From positions 71,464,831 to 71,528,830 of the forward strand of contig NC_057719.1 of the NCBI RefSeq assembly GCF_004010195.1: a stretch of DNA of 64,000 nucleotides, read 5' to 3'. Source of the stretch: Chiloscyllium plagiosum (lineage: Eukaryota). The translations under genes and the position numbers were made by a program. The first letter of the stretch is position 1, and each line of letters begins with the position of its first letter. Below are positions 1 to 13,099 of this stretch, in pieces. The notes beneath the pieces are model-generated. The model was not told the DNA's origin and made no database searches. It worked only from the letters and a program-made list of their open reading frames with translations.

Positions 1-544
1 ATAAACATTTGTCTTAGTGGGTGCTTGGCAGAATTAATATGTTTGAATTTTTACTCTGCTGCTGAGGGCATAAAATGTGAATGCAATCACACTTCTACTT
101 TCAATTTGACACAAAAGACTTTCAAGTATGTATTGATGCAATGGCCATAATGGTGTGTGATCTACCCCTGTCATGCATTATACGGTAGAGTCATGAAACC
201 CCTTTGGGGAACACTTGAGTTTGACGGACTGTAGTGTATGAACATTAATGCAGTGTGACTGGTTCTAAAAATGCCAAGAATGTAGAGTTTATATCTAATG
301 GTCTCCAAATATCAAGATCATCTGAAAAACAGAATTATGTGCATGCTGGTAACTGTAACTTCTTTGTTACCAATTCCAGTGTAAATGCAGCTTTTTTGCT
401 TTTAATAGACTTTACCATTCAAACTGCTTAAAATAATTACAGGGTATACTTTCAGATATTTAAATGTGACCTTATTAAGAACAAAATCAAAAGCTTCTAG
501 AAATAATAATTCAGGACAAAATGAATAGTCAATTGGTCAAATTT

Positions 545-1760
545 GGATTAACTGAGCAAAGCCATCATGGAATTATCAAGGAAAATCAAGTAACATTGTG
601 GAATTATTTTTGATGAGGAGCCAGAGAGGGTTGATGAGTGCAATGCTGTTAATATGCTGTACATGGACTCCTGAAACTCATTGAATACATCTCCGAGCAA
701 AGTGAGACATCATGGAATGGAAGAAATAGTAGCAACATAGTTATGAAATTGGCTGAGTAACTGGGAACAGAATGTATTGGTGAGTTGTTGTTTTTCAGGC
801 TGGAGGAAAGTTTATTGTTTGATATCCCAGAGTCAGTGTTAGTACTCCTGTTGTTTCTTATATGCGTTAATGGTTGATTTTTGTGTATAGATTGGAATTT
901 CAAAATTATGGATGATGCAAAATGTGGAAACTTTGCAAATTGTGAGGAAGATAGTCAGTGTAGACCTTCAAAAGGACAGGTTGGTGGAATGGCTGAACAA
1001 GTAGCAGACAAAATAAATTCAGAGAAGTTTGAAATAAATCATTTTGGTAGGAAGAAATCAAAGAGACAATATAAAATGTAGAGCATAATTTTAACAAAAT
1101 GCAGGAGCAGAGGATCTGGATGCATATGTGCATAAATTATTGAAGATGGTAGGACAGCGTCCAGGATTTTATAAACAAGGACACAGAATACAAAAGCAAG
1201 GATATATTAAATTTGTTTAAACACTGTTCAGTCTCACTGCATCCAATTCTTGGCCCCCCAGTTTAGGAAGAATGTGAAAGTGCTAGACAGAGTCCAGAAA
1301 AGGTTCACAAGAATTCTTCCCAAGAAGAGAAGTTTCAGTTACATTAATAGATTAGAGCAGCTGGAACTGTTTCTGGGAGAAGAGACATTCACAGGAGACT
1401 TGATCAAGATAGTTAAAATCATGGAGAGATCTGGACAGAATATCAGCAGTTCTCAGCAGTGGAAGGAGTGAGCCCCAGAGGGAACAGAGTTAAGGTGACT
1501 GGCAAAAGAAGCAAGGCAACATGGAAAAAACATTTTCATTCAGTGAGTACTTAGGGTTTACAATATATTGTTTGAAAGTGTGGTGGAGGCAGGTTCATTC
1601 AACGCACTCAATAACATTATTCCCTGAAAAGGAAGAATATCAAGGACTGTGGGGACATGTCTGGGAGTGGTACAAGGTAAACTGTTCTTTCAGACAGACA
1701 GAACTAACATGATTGGCAGAATAGCCTCCCCCTCTGTATTGTAACCATTCTGTAATTCTA
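545..1760 (+). mobile_element. Degenerate CR1 LINE, 3' part (RT remnant and 3' UTR)
   Basis: Decayed RT and C-terminal motifs (e.g. APQFRKNVKVLDRVQKRFTRILP) and a CR1-type attct tail near 1750; many stops and frameshifts. Confidence 0.85.
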
Positions 1761-2280
1761 ACAGAGTTGTAAGTAACGTGGAGCATTTGCAATGTTCCCA
1801 AGTCTAAGCTGTATTACAGATGGAAGCTCTTACATGTTACAAAGCCAACAGTTTCTGAGTTTTATGATACCACTGCTAAAATACTAATTCTGTGAATTCC
1901 CTGTGAAACTTTGATTCTAAATTAACATGAAGATAAGCACCTCTGGAAAATTCATCAATATATTTGAAACTGAACCAGTTTAGACTGGTCAAGAGTGATG
2001 AGGAGTTACAGCAGCTATGTGATAAAGTTAAAAATAGAATTGTAGGATACAAGTGTGAACAATGTGGAGTGTATTAGGGACTTTTCTGATCAGGAGAGAG
2101 TTTGGATAGTTTTAAAGTACAGGATTATAACGGACATAATAGATATATAATTAGTAATGGTATCTTGATGGCTATCATTCAACAAAAGAAAACTATACAA
2201 AGAAACTGAAGTGTATTAATCTGAGAGAAATAAACACAATTGAACATATTTTTAAAAATATCTTTCTTAGATAAATTTCA

Positions 2281-2544
<264 letters not shown>

Positions 2545-4974
2545 CTACAAGTACATAACAATAAAACATTATATTTTTTGTGATATTTTTCCATAACAGA
2601 TTACAAAGATGCTTGAAAGATATTAAATACATCTTGAGTATCAATTAAATAGACAATCATTTATATCATACTGAATACAGCAAGTTGATCTATTAATGGA
2701 TTGCAAACATGGAAATATGTAAAAAGAAATAAAGATTTACTTAATTTCTCAGGAACTATACAGGTTCAAGACACATTCTTTATTCTTCACCATCTATTTT
2801 TTCTTATACTATTAAACAGGAATTTGCACTTTGATTTGCTTAAATTTGTACATCAATTGGTTCACACTTAGCTATCAGACATTATACAGGCTAGAAAGAC
2901 ACACTGTTGAGTCAGTCTTAAAATGCTTCGGAAAGTGAGAGGGTTAAGTAAGTATTTGCAATGCGCAGTTATGGTAATAAGGTTGTACTTTAACAACATT
3001 ATTTAGATTAATATACAAAATGAATATAGGATCTTTATATTATCTTACTGAATTTTGAGATGTGATTGTCATTCGCGTTTAATAATATCACAGCAGTCAA
3101 TGTGTGCCTGAATTTTAAAATACTGTTTGATCTGACATTTTCTTTGAATTCTAAAACATTTGCACTCTATGTTTTCTCAGTTTCCGGCAGATGCTACGAG
3201 TACACCTATTATGCAACTTAAATACTAATGTATTGAACTCACAGTATGTTGGTATTTATACCACAAGTGTGAGGGTAGATTGCTGAATAACAAATGTTCT
3301 CATTTGCATAATTTATTCTACTGTCAGGAGTGGAATTGCTTATTCTGCCATTCATTCCTTTAGTAACCTCCCCACAACTAATTCCACAGCCATATTGTAA
3401 TATGCTACACATAAATAATACTGAGGTATTGTCTACTCCTAATTCAAGTAGCTTAAGATGAATTATCCATTAACTAGGCAATATAATTAAACAAATACAA
3501 TTGGAGCAAATGGTTGATTGGTATTTTTCACTCAAAAGTAGCTTCGAATTCAAAGCAGTTGCCTGTACTTTAGATGTCTCCCTCTTTGCCTCACTGGGAC
3601 TTAAATACTGAGGAAATGTATGAAAACAAATCTTACAGCGTTACCTGTAAGACCAAGTAAAATGGTGATATTTGTCTTGTAGCTTTGTGTTTGACAGCAG
3701 TCGGCTCATGCCAATACCTGGAATACCTGGAATTTCAGATTTTCACACTTCCAAGAAACCAGGCAGCCAAAAAAGTGAATCTATTTCTGTGACAAGTTAA
3801 AATGATCTTTTGCAGATTATAGTTCAATTTTGAATTTGCCTCTTTTGTGATGCAACATAACTACTAATATTACTTAAAATCACGGGAAACATTGATTTTA
3901 CTAATAATAATTAAAATTAAATATGTCCCCTTAAAATGGAAAAATCTATAAATGCAACTTCTTGTATCAACACTAAACAACTAACCACAAAATATATGCC
4001 ATGGGGGAATTGACACACAGCTACTTAAGATCTATCATTCATGAATAATTTTGTATAATTAATTGAAGAACAAATTGCAATTGATTACTGAAACCTGAAT
4101 AGTTATGAGATCTATTACCACAGTTAATGGATCATTTGGTACTTAGTTATGTGGGTCGAGGGAATTGAACTGTCTGTCCTCTGTAACTATTGGCTCACTT
4201 ACACACATTAATTTTTACCGCATTGTTCAAGTTTCGCGAAGATTGAAGCCAAAAGAAGAAATTAAAACCTACATTGGAAATACACAATGGCAGAAGTATT
4301 GGGAAATTTTAGTGAAGACATTAAGTATTTATGTTCACAAACTAGGGTTGAAACTTTCACATACCTCAGACTTATTTATTGGATTTAAGCCATCAGTTGT
4401 AAAATTCATATCCAACCATTTTCTTCAGAGTGGTCAATATCAATTATGTGATTGTAGATGCTATACATAATAGGAGGTGAGCTATAAAGCTATAACCTGA
4501 TTGTCAATGTTTCATAATACCAATTAAGGGAAACACTTCATGTAGATCTTCTCAACCTCAAGATTAAATTGCAACCTTGAAACTATATCTTTTGCAGTGG
4601 ACAATGCATAATCATGCAGATTGAATTTTAAGAGTGCAAGATTATTTGTTAAGTACATGAATAGTTGACAGTTAAATAGGCACAGCAACAATTGTATTAG
4701 AACTTTGTTGATTCACAAAGAAGTTAGATTACAGGGAAATTTATAACCAAATGTAACCAATGTACATGTTAATGGCACATGTTTGTGTTAATATGATTTA
4801 TCCATTTTACACAGTTCCACTGTTGCATAATTGATGAAACATACAGTAATCTAGTTAACAAGAGACACTAATAACCCATAGCATTGATCAGCTTGAGTAG
4901 CAAAAACTTCATATTGATTTCTGAAAGTGAATCTTTCTGGTTATAGAGATGTAAAGTAGATGTTATATTAACAG

Positions 4975-6603
4975 TGCAAGAGATAAGACTGAAGCATTCA
5001 CAGCAATCGTCAGCCAGAAGTGCCAAGTGGATGATCCATTTTGGCCTCCTACAGTGGACCCAGTATTATAAATACCAGTCTTGAGCCAATTCAATTCACT
5101 CCATTTGATATCTATGGTTAGGGGCATTGGATATAGCAAAGACTATGGACAACATTCTGGCAATAATACTGAAGAACAATGTTCCAGAACTTGCCTCTCC
5201 TCTAGCCTCATGTTTCTAATTCCAACCCTAGCATCTACCTGACAGTGTGGAAAATTGTCCAGCTATGTCACGTACATAAAAATCAAGACAAATCCAACCC
5301 AGCCAATTACCACCCCATCAGTCTACTTTTGATCATCAGTAGAGTGATGGAAGGTGTCATTAACAATGCTATCAAGCAGCACCTACTCAGCAATAACCTG
5401 CTCAGTGACACCCAGTTTGGGTTCTGCCAGAGCCACTCAGTTCCTGATCTCATTACAGCCTTGGTTCAAATATCAAAAAAAAAGAGCTGAATTCCAGAGA
5501 GGAAGTGACAGTGACAGTCTTTGATATCAAGGCCACATTCAACCAACTGTGCCATCAAGAAGTCCCAGCAAAACTGGTATCAATGGGTAGCTCTCTCTCT
5601 GCTGATTTGAGTCATACCTGGTGCATAAGAAAATGTTCATGGTTGTTGGAAATCAGTCTTCTCAGCTCCAGGACATCCCTAGAGGAGTTTCTCAGAGTAG
5701 TGTCACTAGGCCCAACCATCTTCAGCTGGTTCATCAATGACCTTCCCTCCATCATAAGGTCAGAAGTAGGGATGTTCGCCAATGATTGCACAATGTTCAG
5801 CACCATTTATGATTCCTCAGATACTGACGCAATCCATGTTCAAATGCAACAAGATTTGGATAACATCCAGGCGTGGGCTGACAAATGGCAAATCACATTT
5901 GCGCTACACAAATGCCTAGGAATTACCATCTCCAATAAGAGACAATCTAATCACTACCCCTTGACCTTCAATGATCTTACCATCACTGAATCCCCCACTA
6001 ACAACATCTTCAGGGTTACTATTGACCAGAAACTCAACTGGATTCACTATATGAACACAGGGACTGCAAAAGTAGGTCAGAGGCTAGCTATACTACGGCA
6101 AGTAACTTACATACTGATTCCCCAAAGCCTGTCGACCATCTACATGGCACAACTCAGATATATGATGGAATACTCTCCATTTGCCTGGATTAGCACAGCA
6201 CCAGTAATGCTCAAGAGGTTGGACACCATCCAGCTCAAAGCAGCATACTTAATTGGCACCACATCCACAAGTATCCACTCTGTCTCACTGACGCTGAGTA
6301 GCAGCAGTGTGCACTATCTATAAGATGCACTTTAAAAATTCACCAAAGATCCTCATTTAGCGGCACCCAAATCCACAATCACTTCCAACTAGAAGAAACA
6401 GGGCAGCAATACATGGGTACGCCACCATTTGCAAGTTCCCCTCCAAGCCACTCAGCATACATTGTGGGTCAACCTACTGCATATAGACTGTAGCAGTTTA
6501 AGAAGGCAGCTTACTACTACCTTCCCATGGGCAACTAGGGGCTAGGGCAATGAAATGCTGGTCAGTCAGCAATGCCCATGTCCCACAAATAAATAATAAA
6601 AAA
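4975..6603 (+). mobile_element. CR1/L2-group LINE (called family B here), RT region and 3' end
   Basis: PANYHPISLLLIISRVMEGVIN, QFGFCQSHS, GPTIFSWFINDL, GMFAND (FADD) and WADKWQITF motifs; ends in an A-rich tail near 6600. Confidence 0.88.
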
Positions 6604-7000
6604 GTAAGAACTTATATTTACACAGTGTCTTTCAAATCTTCAGGATATACAAAAGTGCATTATTGCCGATGAAGTAGCTTATGAAGTGAAGTTATTGTAA
6701 TTGTAAGAAATGTGGCATTCAATTTGTACACAAGGCCCTACAAACAGCAATTAGATAAATACAAAAATTATCTGATTTTCTGATGTTGCTGAAGAAAAAA
6801 ATATTGGTCAGGAATCTGGGGTGAACTCTTCAGACCATGACTTTTTACATCCACCTGAGAGCACAGTTGGGCCTTTGTTGAAAATCTTAGCCAAAACACA
6901 GCATTTGCAAAAATACAACACTCCCTCAGTACAGTAGTGTTGGGCCAGCCTGAAATACATGCTCAAATCTTAGGAGTTGGACCTGAACCCACACAACTTT
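6604..7000 (-). mobile_element. DeuSINE (SacSINE1/AmnSINE-like), degenerate
   Basis: The reverse complement resembles the Deu central domain (ctgagggagtg...ctctcaggtggatgtaaaaag...) and ends in a taaatataagttctt-type tail; B-box-like gggttcaggtcc near 6980. Recognised from memory of the family. Confidence 0.7.
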
Positions 7001-8031
7001 CCTTAAGTACAGTACTGCATATTGATGATACGTCAAAATGGGTACAAATCCTAGAATTTCCCCCTGAATAGCATTGTTAGTGTACCTATATCATGTGAAC
7101 TGCAACAATTCAAGAAGGTGCTTCATCACCATCTACTCAAGGGCAATTAGGCATTGTGATAAATGCTGACTGAGTCAGTGGGGCTCACATCTCATTAATG
7201 AAATCAGTATCTTCTTGTCAGGTTATATTGTCTCTCCTGATCCTTAACATTGGATAAACATGTAGACAATTGAGATCAACATCTAATGTATTTAATAAAT
7301 AGTTGCCTATAATCTCCATCAATTATTAGAAAGCAGCAAAGTCAGAAAGTGGAGACTTCGAGGAACATCTGTCAACAGTTGCTGGAAAAAAAAAGTGAAT
7401 TGAAAGAGATGTATGTTACTTTCACAAGCTAGAGTTTGTATTGGATGGGTTCCTCTTTTATTGGAATGTTTTGCACTACAGTATTAAGGTGATCAGTTCC
7501 TCTGCAGAATAGTGAAAAGTATTTAATCACGCTTCAACAAAGTATGAATAGTTTAATGAATTTCCCGTAGTAGCCAGGGTGATTAAACTGTTTAAATGGT
7601 GCTTTTTAAACAAAATGAATTCAATGATAATGCTCAACATTATCACCATTTGCCCAGCATAGGCAGCCACATGTACAAGCAGTGTGGGTGGTGAGGATTC
7701 TATTTGGTTTGACCCTTCACTATGACATTCAATTTAAAATAGATCATACACATTCTGAAATTTTAGTGTAAGAGATGACTCTTAAACGTTGTACTAATAT
7801 ATGAATTTGATTTCCAGAAGGCATCTGAAAACATGCCACATCAAAGTTTTATACAGAAAATAAAATTCACAGAGTAGAGGGTGACATAATGGCATGAAGA
7901 GGACAGTGTCTACTTTTCAGGAAATAGTGTAGACGTAACTAGGTCACATTTTGGTAATGAATAATGTGCCATACGGATGAGAGCTGAAACCTCTATTTTA
8001 TGTAAGTTATAAGGACTTGCTAAATTTGCTA

Positions 8032-8153
8032 GGAGAAAGTGAGGACTGCAGTTGCTGGAGATTAGAGTTGAGAATGTGGTGTTGGAAAAGCACAGCAGGT
8101 CAGGCAGCAACGAGGAGCAGGAGGGTCAACATTTCGGGCAAAAGCCCTTCATC
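8032..8153 (-). mobile_element. Short PLE terminal fragment inserted in a CR1 RT motif
   Basis: ggagaaagtgaggactgcag...cccttcatc unit flanked by the duplication tgctaa(a/g)tttgc at 8018-8029 and 8154-8165. Confidence 0.8.
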
Positions 8154-8980
8154 TGCTAAGTTTGCCGATGACCCAAAGATAGGTGGAAAAGTAAGATAAC
8201 ATAAGGATATTATGAAGATTAAGTTATTGGGCAAAGTTGTGTCAAATGATCTATAAATGCAGGAAAATGTGAAATTGTCACTTTGGTAAAACAATAAAAA
8301 ATAAGCATATTATCGAAATGGTGAAAGATTGTTAGGCTTTGAGATATAGAGGGATAAGGATGTTCTAATGCAAAAATTGCAAAAGTGTGAGGTACAGCAT
8401 ATAATTAGGAAAGCTGATACAATGTTAATGTTTATTGTGACAGGAATTAAATCCAAACATAGGGAGATTATGCTTCAGTTATACAGGACATTGGTGAGTA
8501 CTGTTTGGAGTATTGATTTTCTTCTTTAAGGAAGGATGTAAAAATACACTGGAAGCAGTTCAGAGAAGATTTATTAAACTAATATTTAGAATACATGGAT
8601 TTTCCTATTAAGAAAAGTGACACAGATTACATTTGGGTTGACTGGACTTTAGAAGAGTAAAAAGGCATTTGACTGAATCATACAATATCCTGAGGAATCT
8701 TGACAGGATGAATGTGGAAAGGTTGTTTACTCTTTAGGAGTATCTAGAACTAGAGATCATTGTTTAAAAATAAGATGTCTCCCAGTTAAGGAGTGGAAGC
8801 AGAGATCTTGAATATTTTTAAAGCAGAGGGAGAAAGATTCTTCATAAAAAAGAAGGTGAAAGGTTAACAGAGGTAGCTGGGAGTGTGGAGTGATCGGATC
8901 AGCCGCACTCTTACTGAATATCGGAGCAAGCCCAAGGGCCCAAGTGGCCGGCTCCTGCCCCTAATTTGTGTATTTGTATG
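8154..8980 (+). mobile_element. Degenerate CR1 LINE 3' part
   Basis: Starts at AKFADDPKIGG; contains LQLYRTLV and LEAVQRRF remnants and a CR1-like 3' UTR. Confidence 0.85.
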
Positions 8981-9699
8981 TAAACCACTACTGCTGGTAA
9001 GGACAATGCACCCAGACTTGTGGTGGTGCAGCACAGCTTTTGGACTATCATCATACAGTCACTTTCTCAGTTGATCAATAGACCTAAAGATCAAGGCAGA
9101 TTTTGCAGAGTTGGACATTTTCACGTTCAGGTGTGTGACTGCAATACCCAGGTGTGTTGTCTAATGCAGAACTAACTGCAGAACCAGTGAATCGTGAGAT
9201 TACACCAATCTTTCAACTACTCAGCAAAAGGTCAGAAAACAGAAGTCTTTGTTCAGAGTTCCTTTTCCCAGGAAACAAATATTCAGTGATTTGACCAGTG
9301 AATCGTAAACAGTGGAATTGCTGCAAAATGAGTCCAGTTAACCATGCGCCAAGATGAGTTTAAAATAGTTTAATGTCAGATTCACATAAAAACAATTCCT
9401 TTCGAGGATTTGATATGGAAAAAAATACCATTAAATGGACTTCACTTTTACTGATACATTGATTTAACTGAAAATTAAATTGGAAGAAAACTAAAATTGG
9501 TGTCTTAAAACCTGGACATTCTGAACAATATTTAACAGGTAAGTCTAGATATAGTAAGGTACTCACATTTGTTTAAGGTGGCCTCACATGTTTTAATACT
9601 AACAGGCACAAGTTTACAAAAATGGCTTCAGCAACTTTTTCAAAGTCAATACAATTGTCAAGTTAGCAGGGGAAAATAAGCTTCAGGCTTATTGTTATT

Positions 9700-10745
9700 A
9701 TTTCATGGGAAGACGGCATCCTTGCTCATCTCTGACTGCCCTTGAGATGGTGTTAGTAAGTCACATTGCTGATCCACTGCTTTTGATGTAGTGTAGGTAC
9801 AGCCAAGTGTTGTTAGAAACAGTGTTCTAGGAGTTTTGCCTAGTGATGATGAAAGGACTGAGACGGTACTCCGATATCTGCTGTGCATGCTCTTTTAGGT
9901 GAAAGAGGTTAAAAGTTTGAAAGCTGCTGTCCAAGAAGTCTTGGTGAGTTGCTGCAGAACATCTTGAAGATGATACATGTTGCTGTCACTGTGCATTGGT
10001 GATGAAGGAAGTGAATACTTAGGATGTGGATTCAACACCAATCAAAAGGTCCTGGATGATACTGAGTTTCTTGAGTGTTGTTGGAGCTGCATTCATCCAG
10101 GCCAATGGGGAATATTCCAACACATTCCCAACTTCTGCCTTAAAAATGGTAATGGCCTTTGGGAAGTCAGGAAATGAGTTAATTATTACAAAGTTCCCAA
10201 AATCTACCCTCTTTTGTAACTACGTTATTTATACGGCTGGTCTAGTTCAGTTTCTAGTCAATAAAAACCCCAAGATATTGATAATGAGAATTCAGCAATG
10301 GTAACACTATTCAAAGCCGAGAGGAGGTAGTTGGATTCTCTCTTTTTGGAGATGGTCATTGCCTAGCATTTTTGTGGTATGAATGTTACTTATCAACCTC
10401 AGGCTAAATGTTGTCCAGGTGGAAGTAGATTTCTTTATTTTTTCAGGAACAGCAAATAAAAATTAGTGTTCTGCAATCATCAGAAAATGTGCCCACTTCT
10501 GATCTTATGAAGGAGTCAAGGACATTGACGAAGCAGCTGAAGATGGTTGTATCCAGCTGACTACCCTGCAGCTGAGGACTGAGATGGGACTGAGATCATT
10601 GACTTCAGACAACCACATCCATCTTCTTTTTTGTGTTAAGTAGATTCTCTCCCCAATTCCCACTGACTTCAGTTCTGTTAGGGGGCCTTGATGTCACACT
10701 TGATCATATGCCTCGAGGTATGAGCAGCCACTCTTACATCATCTC
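9700..10745 (-). mobile_element. Old family-B LINE fragment
   Basis: Diverged reverse-complement similarity to 5700-6600 and same-strand similarity to 13100-14200 (e.g. cttgagtgttgttggagctgca, gaagcagctgaagatggttg). Confidence 0.75.
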
Positions 10746-13099
10746 CAGCAAGAAAGTACGTGGATTTATTGTAGAGTGGGAGCCATGTGGAGAAAAACAG
10801 ATTCAGAGGGGTTGAAGGCAATGGCAGGAGCATCACAGAGCCTCTCACATTCAAACTTGAATTGTACAACTTCAGAGTCTGATCTCTATTTCCACCATTC
10901 TTTTAGTCCCTCCATCCCCCTAGCACCCTCACAGCTCTACTTCACTGACCCCACCCTACCACACACACACACACACATTAAATGTGTCTTGTTTACCTGT
11001 TGACGAAGCAGGCCCTTTTAAAATCTTTATTTACACCCTTTTCACATCTCTATCTTCCCTTACCCACTATTAACAGAGCTGTGGTTGGCTCTGAGCAGCC
11101 TTATAATCTGTTCCACTTGCTCCTTCTTACACTCTGTCCATAGTATTAAAAAAAGCCCACCATTTTCCAATTTCTTTCAGTTCTGAAGAGTTTTTCTCTG
11201 CACAGATGTTTGCAGATCTGCGGTGTTTCTCTAGCACCTTATGTTTAATTTCAGATTTTAACATCTGCACCTTCTTTGCAGCTGTAACATTGTATTCCTC
11301 ACTCTGTTCTTCACTCTATGATCTTTGGATGTTATAAGCTGTCTGTACTGCACACAAAACAAAACTTTTCACTGTACTTAGATACATGTGATAATAATAA
11401 ATTAAATCAAATCAAATCAAATCTGCTGAATGTTGCAGCTTTGCGTAAGGGCTTGGTACAACTGAGTGGCTTCGTCAGCCATTTCAAATTTCTTTTGATA
11501 AAACAGTGTTCAGTACAATGTTGCAGGGCCATTTAGTTAAAGCGTAACTTTATTAAAAGATCTTTGATTTTGATGTACTAAATGCTGAGAAACATGAAGT
11601 TTTAGTAAAATTATAACAGTAATTACAGGTTATTTGCAGAAGCCTGCATCAACTTTTTTTCAGAATTGACTAGAATCTGTAAAAGAGTGAGGCTTATGTA
11701 ATACTGGAACAGACAACAAGCTTTGATAAACCTATCAATATTTTCTACTATTGGAATCCAAGTCTGTTGCTCAATAGATCAGCAACAGCAAGACAATCTC
11801 TTGGCCTGTAACACCACAGCATTGCTTACATGATCTGGCACCATAATGTTGCACTGGAAATGGCATGTTTTGAAGCACCATAATCACCTCCGGCAATGGA
11901 ACATTCTGCTTTAGTTATGTGCAACCCGTACGAGCTGGAAAAAGAATGTAATTAAACATTCAAAATAGTTCCTGAGGGAGCTTGAACGATATTTAAATCT
12001 TCTCAAGTTGAGTCCTGGAACCTTTCACTTTTGATAGTCTCTTATGGTAGAGGATTTACTGGCTATATTTTAACATATTACATGATATTAAAAAGCTGTA
12101 CATTTATATGGGCGTCAAGTCCCCAGTAGAATATTTTAGAAATATTTTAATAATGGGTTAAAAATATAAAATTAAAAGATAAAGATTGCCTGTGCTTGTA
12201 ATAATCTTCATTTTAAAAAACAGCATGAACAACAATTCTTAAATTAAAGCAGCAATAGAATGTATTTTGTAGACCAATGAGTCATGAAACTTTTCCTTTC
12301 AGGAGTCAGACCATCACTTACTTATGCCTTTGTTTTGAATTGTAAGGCTATAATGGACATAATGTAACTAATTTTCTTACACATTAAGTACCAGCTCACT
12401 GTATCTCCAGATATGGCACACTGCAGGCCATGTACCCTCTCTACATCTTAGCTGCAGTTGATCACTGTTGATAGAGATTCTCTACTGAAAGCATTTCAGT
12501 ATTTAGAAAGGTCATCAACCTGAAAAGGTTAAATCTGTTTTTCTCTCCACAGATTTTGTCCTGTCTGTTGAGTAGCACCAGCATTTTATCTTCTATATCT
12601 CCTTGGAGATGCATAAGGGAAATAGTATTTGATCATAGGCATCTTACTATCAGTTTCCCTATAGTCGACAGGAGAATTGGGAGGATGGTCTTAGCCCAGG
12701 AAGAGCTATACCAGGTGCTGTAGGGTATAGGTACAAGTGGGCAAAGTGAGTATAAAATGCCCTTCCTCCTCTGGAACTCCTATATCAGGACTTCCTGAGT
12801 ATGTCTAAGATCCTTTGTGCCACTTGACCCAGGCCCTGAGCCATCCTGTAAGGTGCATTTATCTGTAATCAGTGCATTCCACACATTCAGTAGAACTGGA
12901 GTCCATACACATTGCTTCATGTAAATTAAAGCTAATCAGCAGTGACGTCTGAAGACCCAGTTATAAGATTCCAGACATTTGTCAGAACAGTATCCAGTAC
13001 AAATTTTCACCTTTTCACCAAAGCAAACTTGCTTTTCATCAGCATTACAAGGTTTTGTTTAATGATGATTTGACAAACAATTGAAATAAATTCCCAAAT

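Noticed and set aside
5505..6323. 272-aa ORF as a functional reverse transcriptase
   Set aside because: The frame is mosaic, the catalytic FADD reads FAND, and the flanks are frameshifted; it is a dead LINE.
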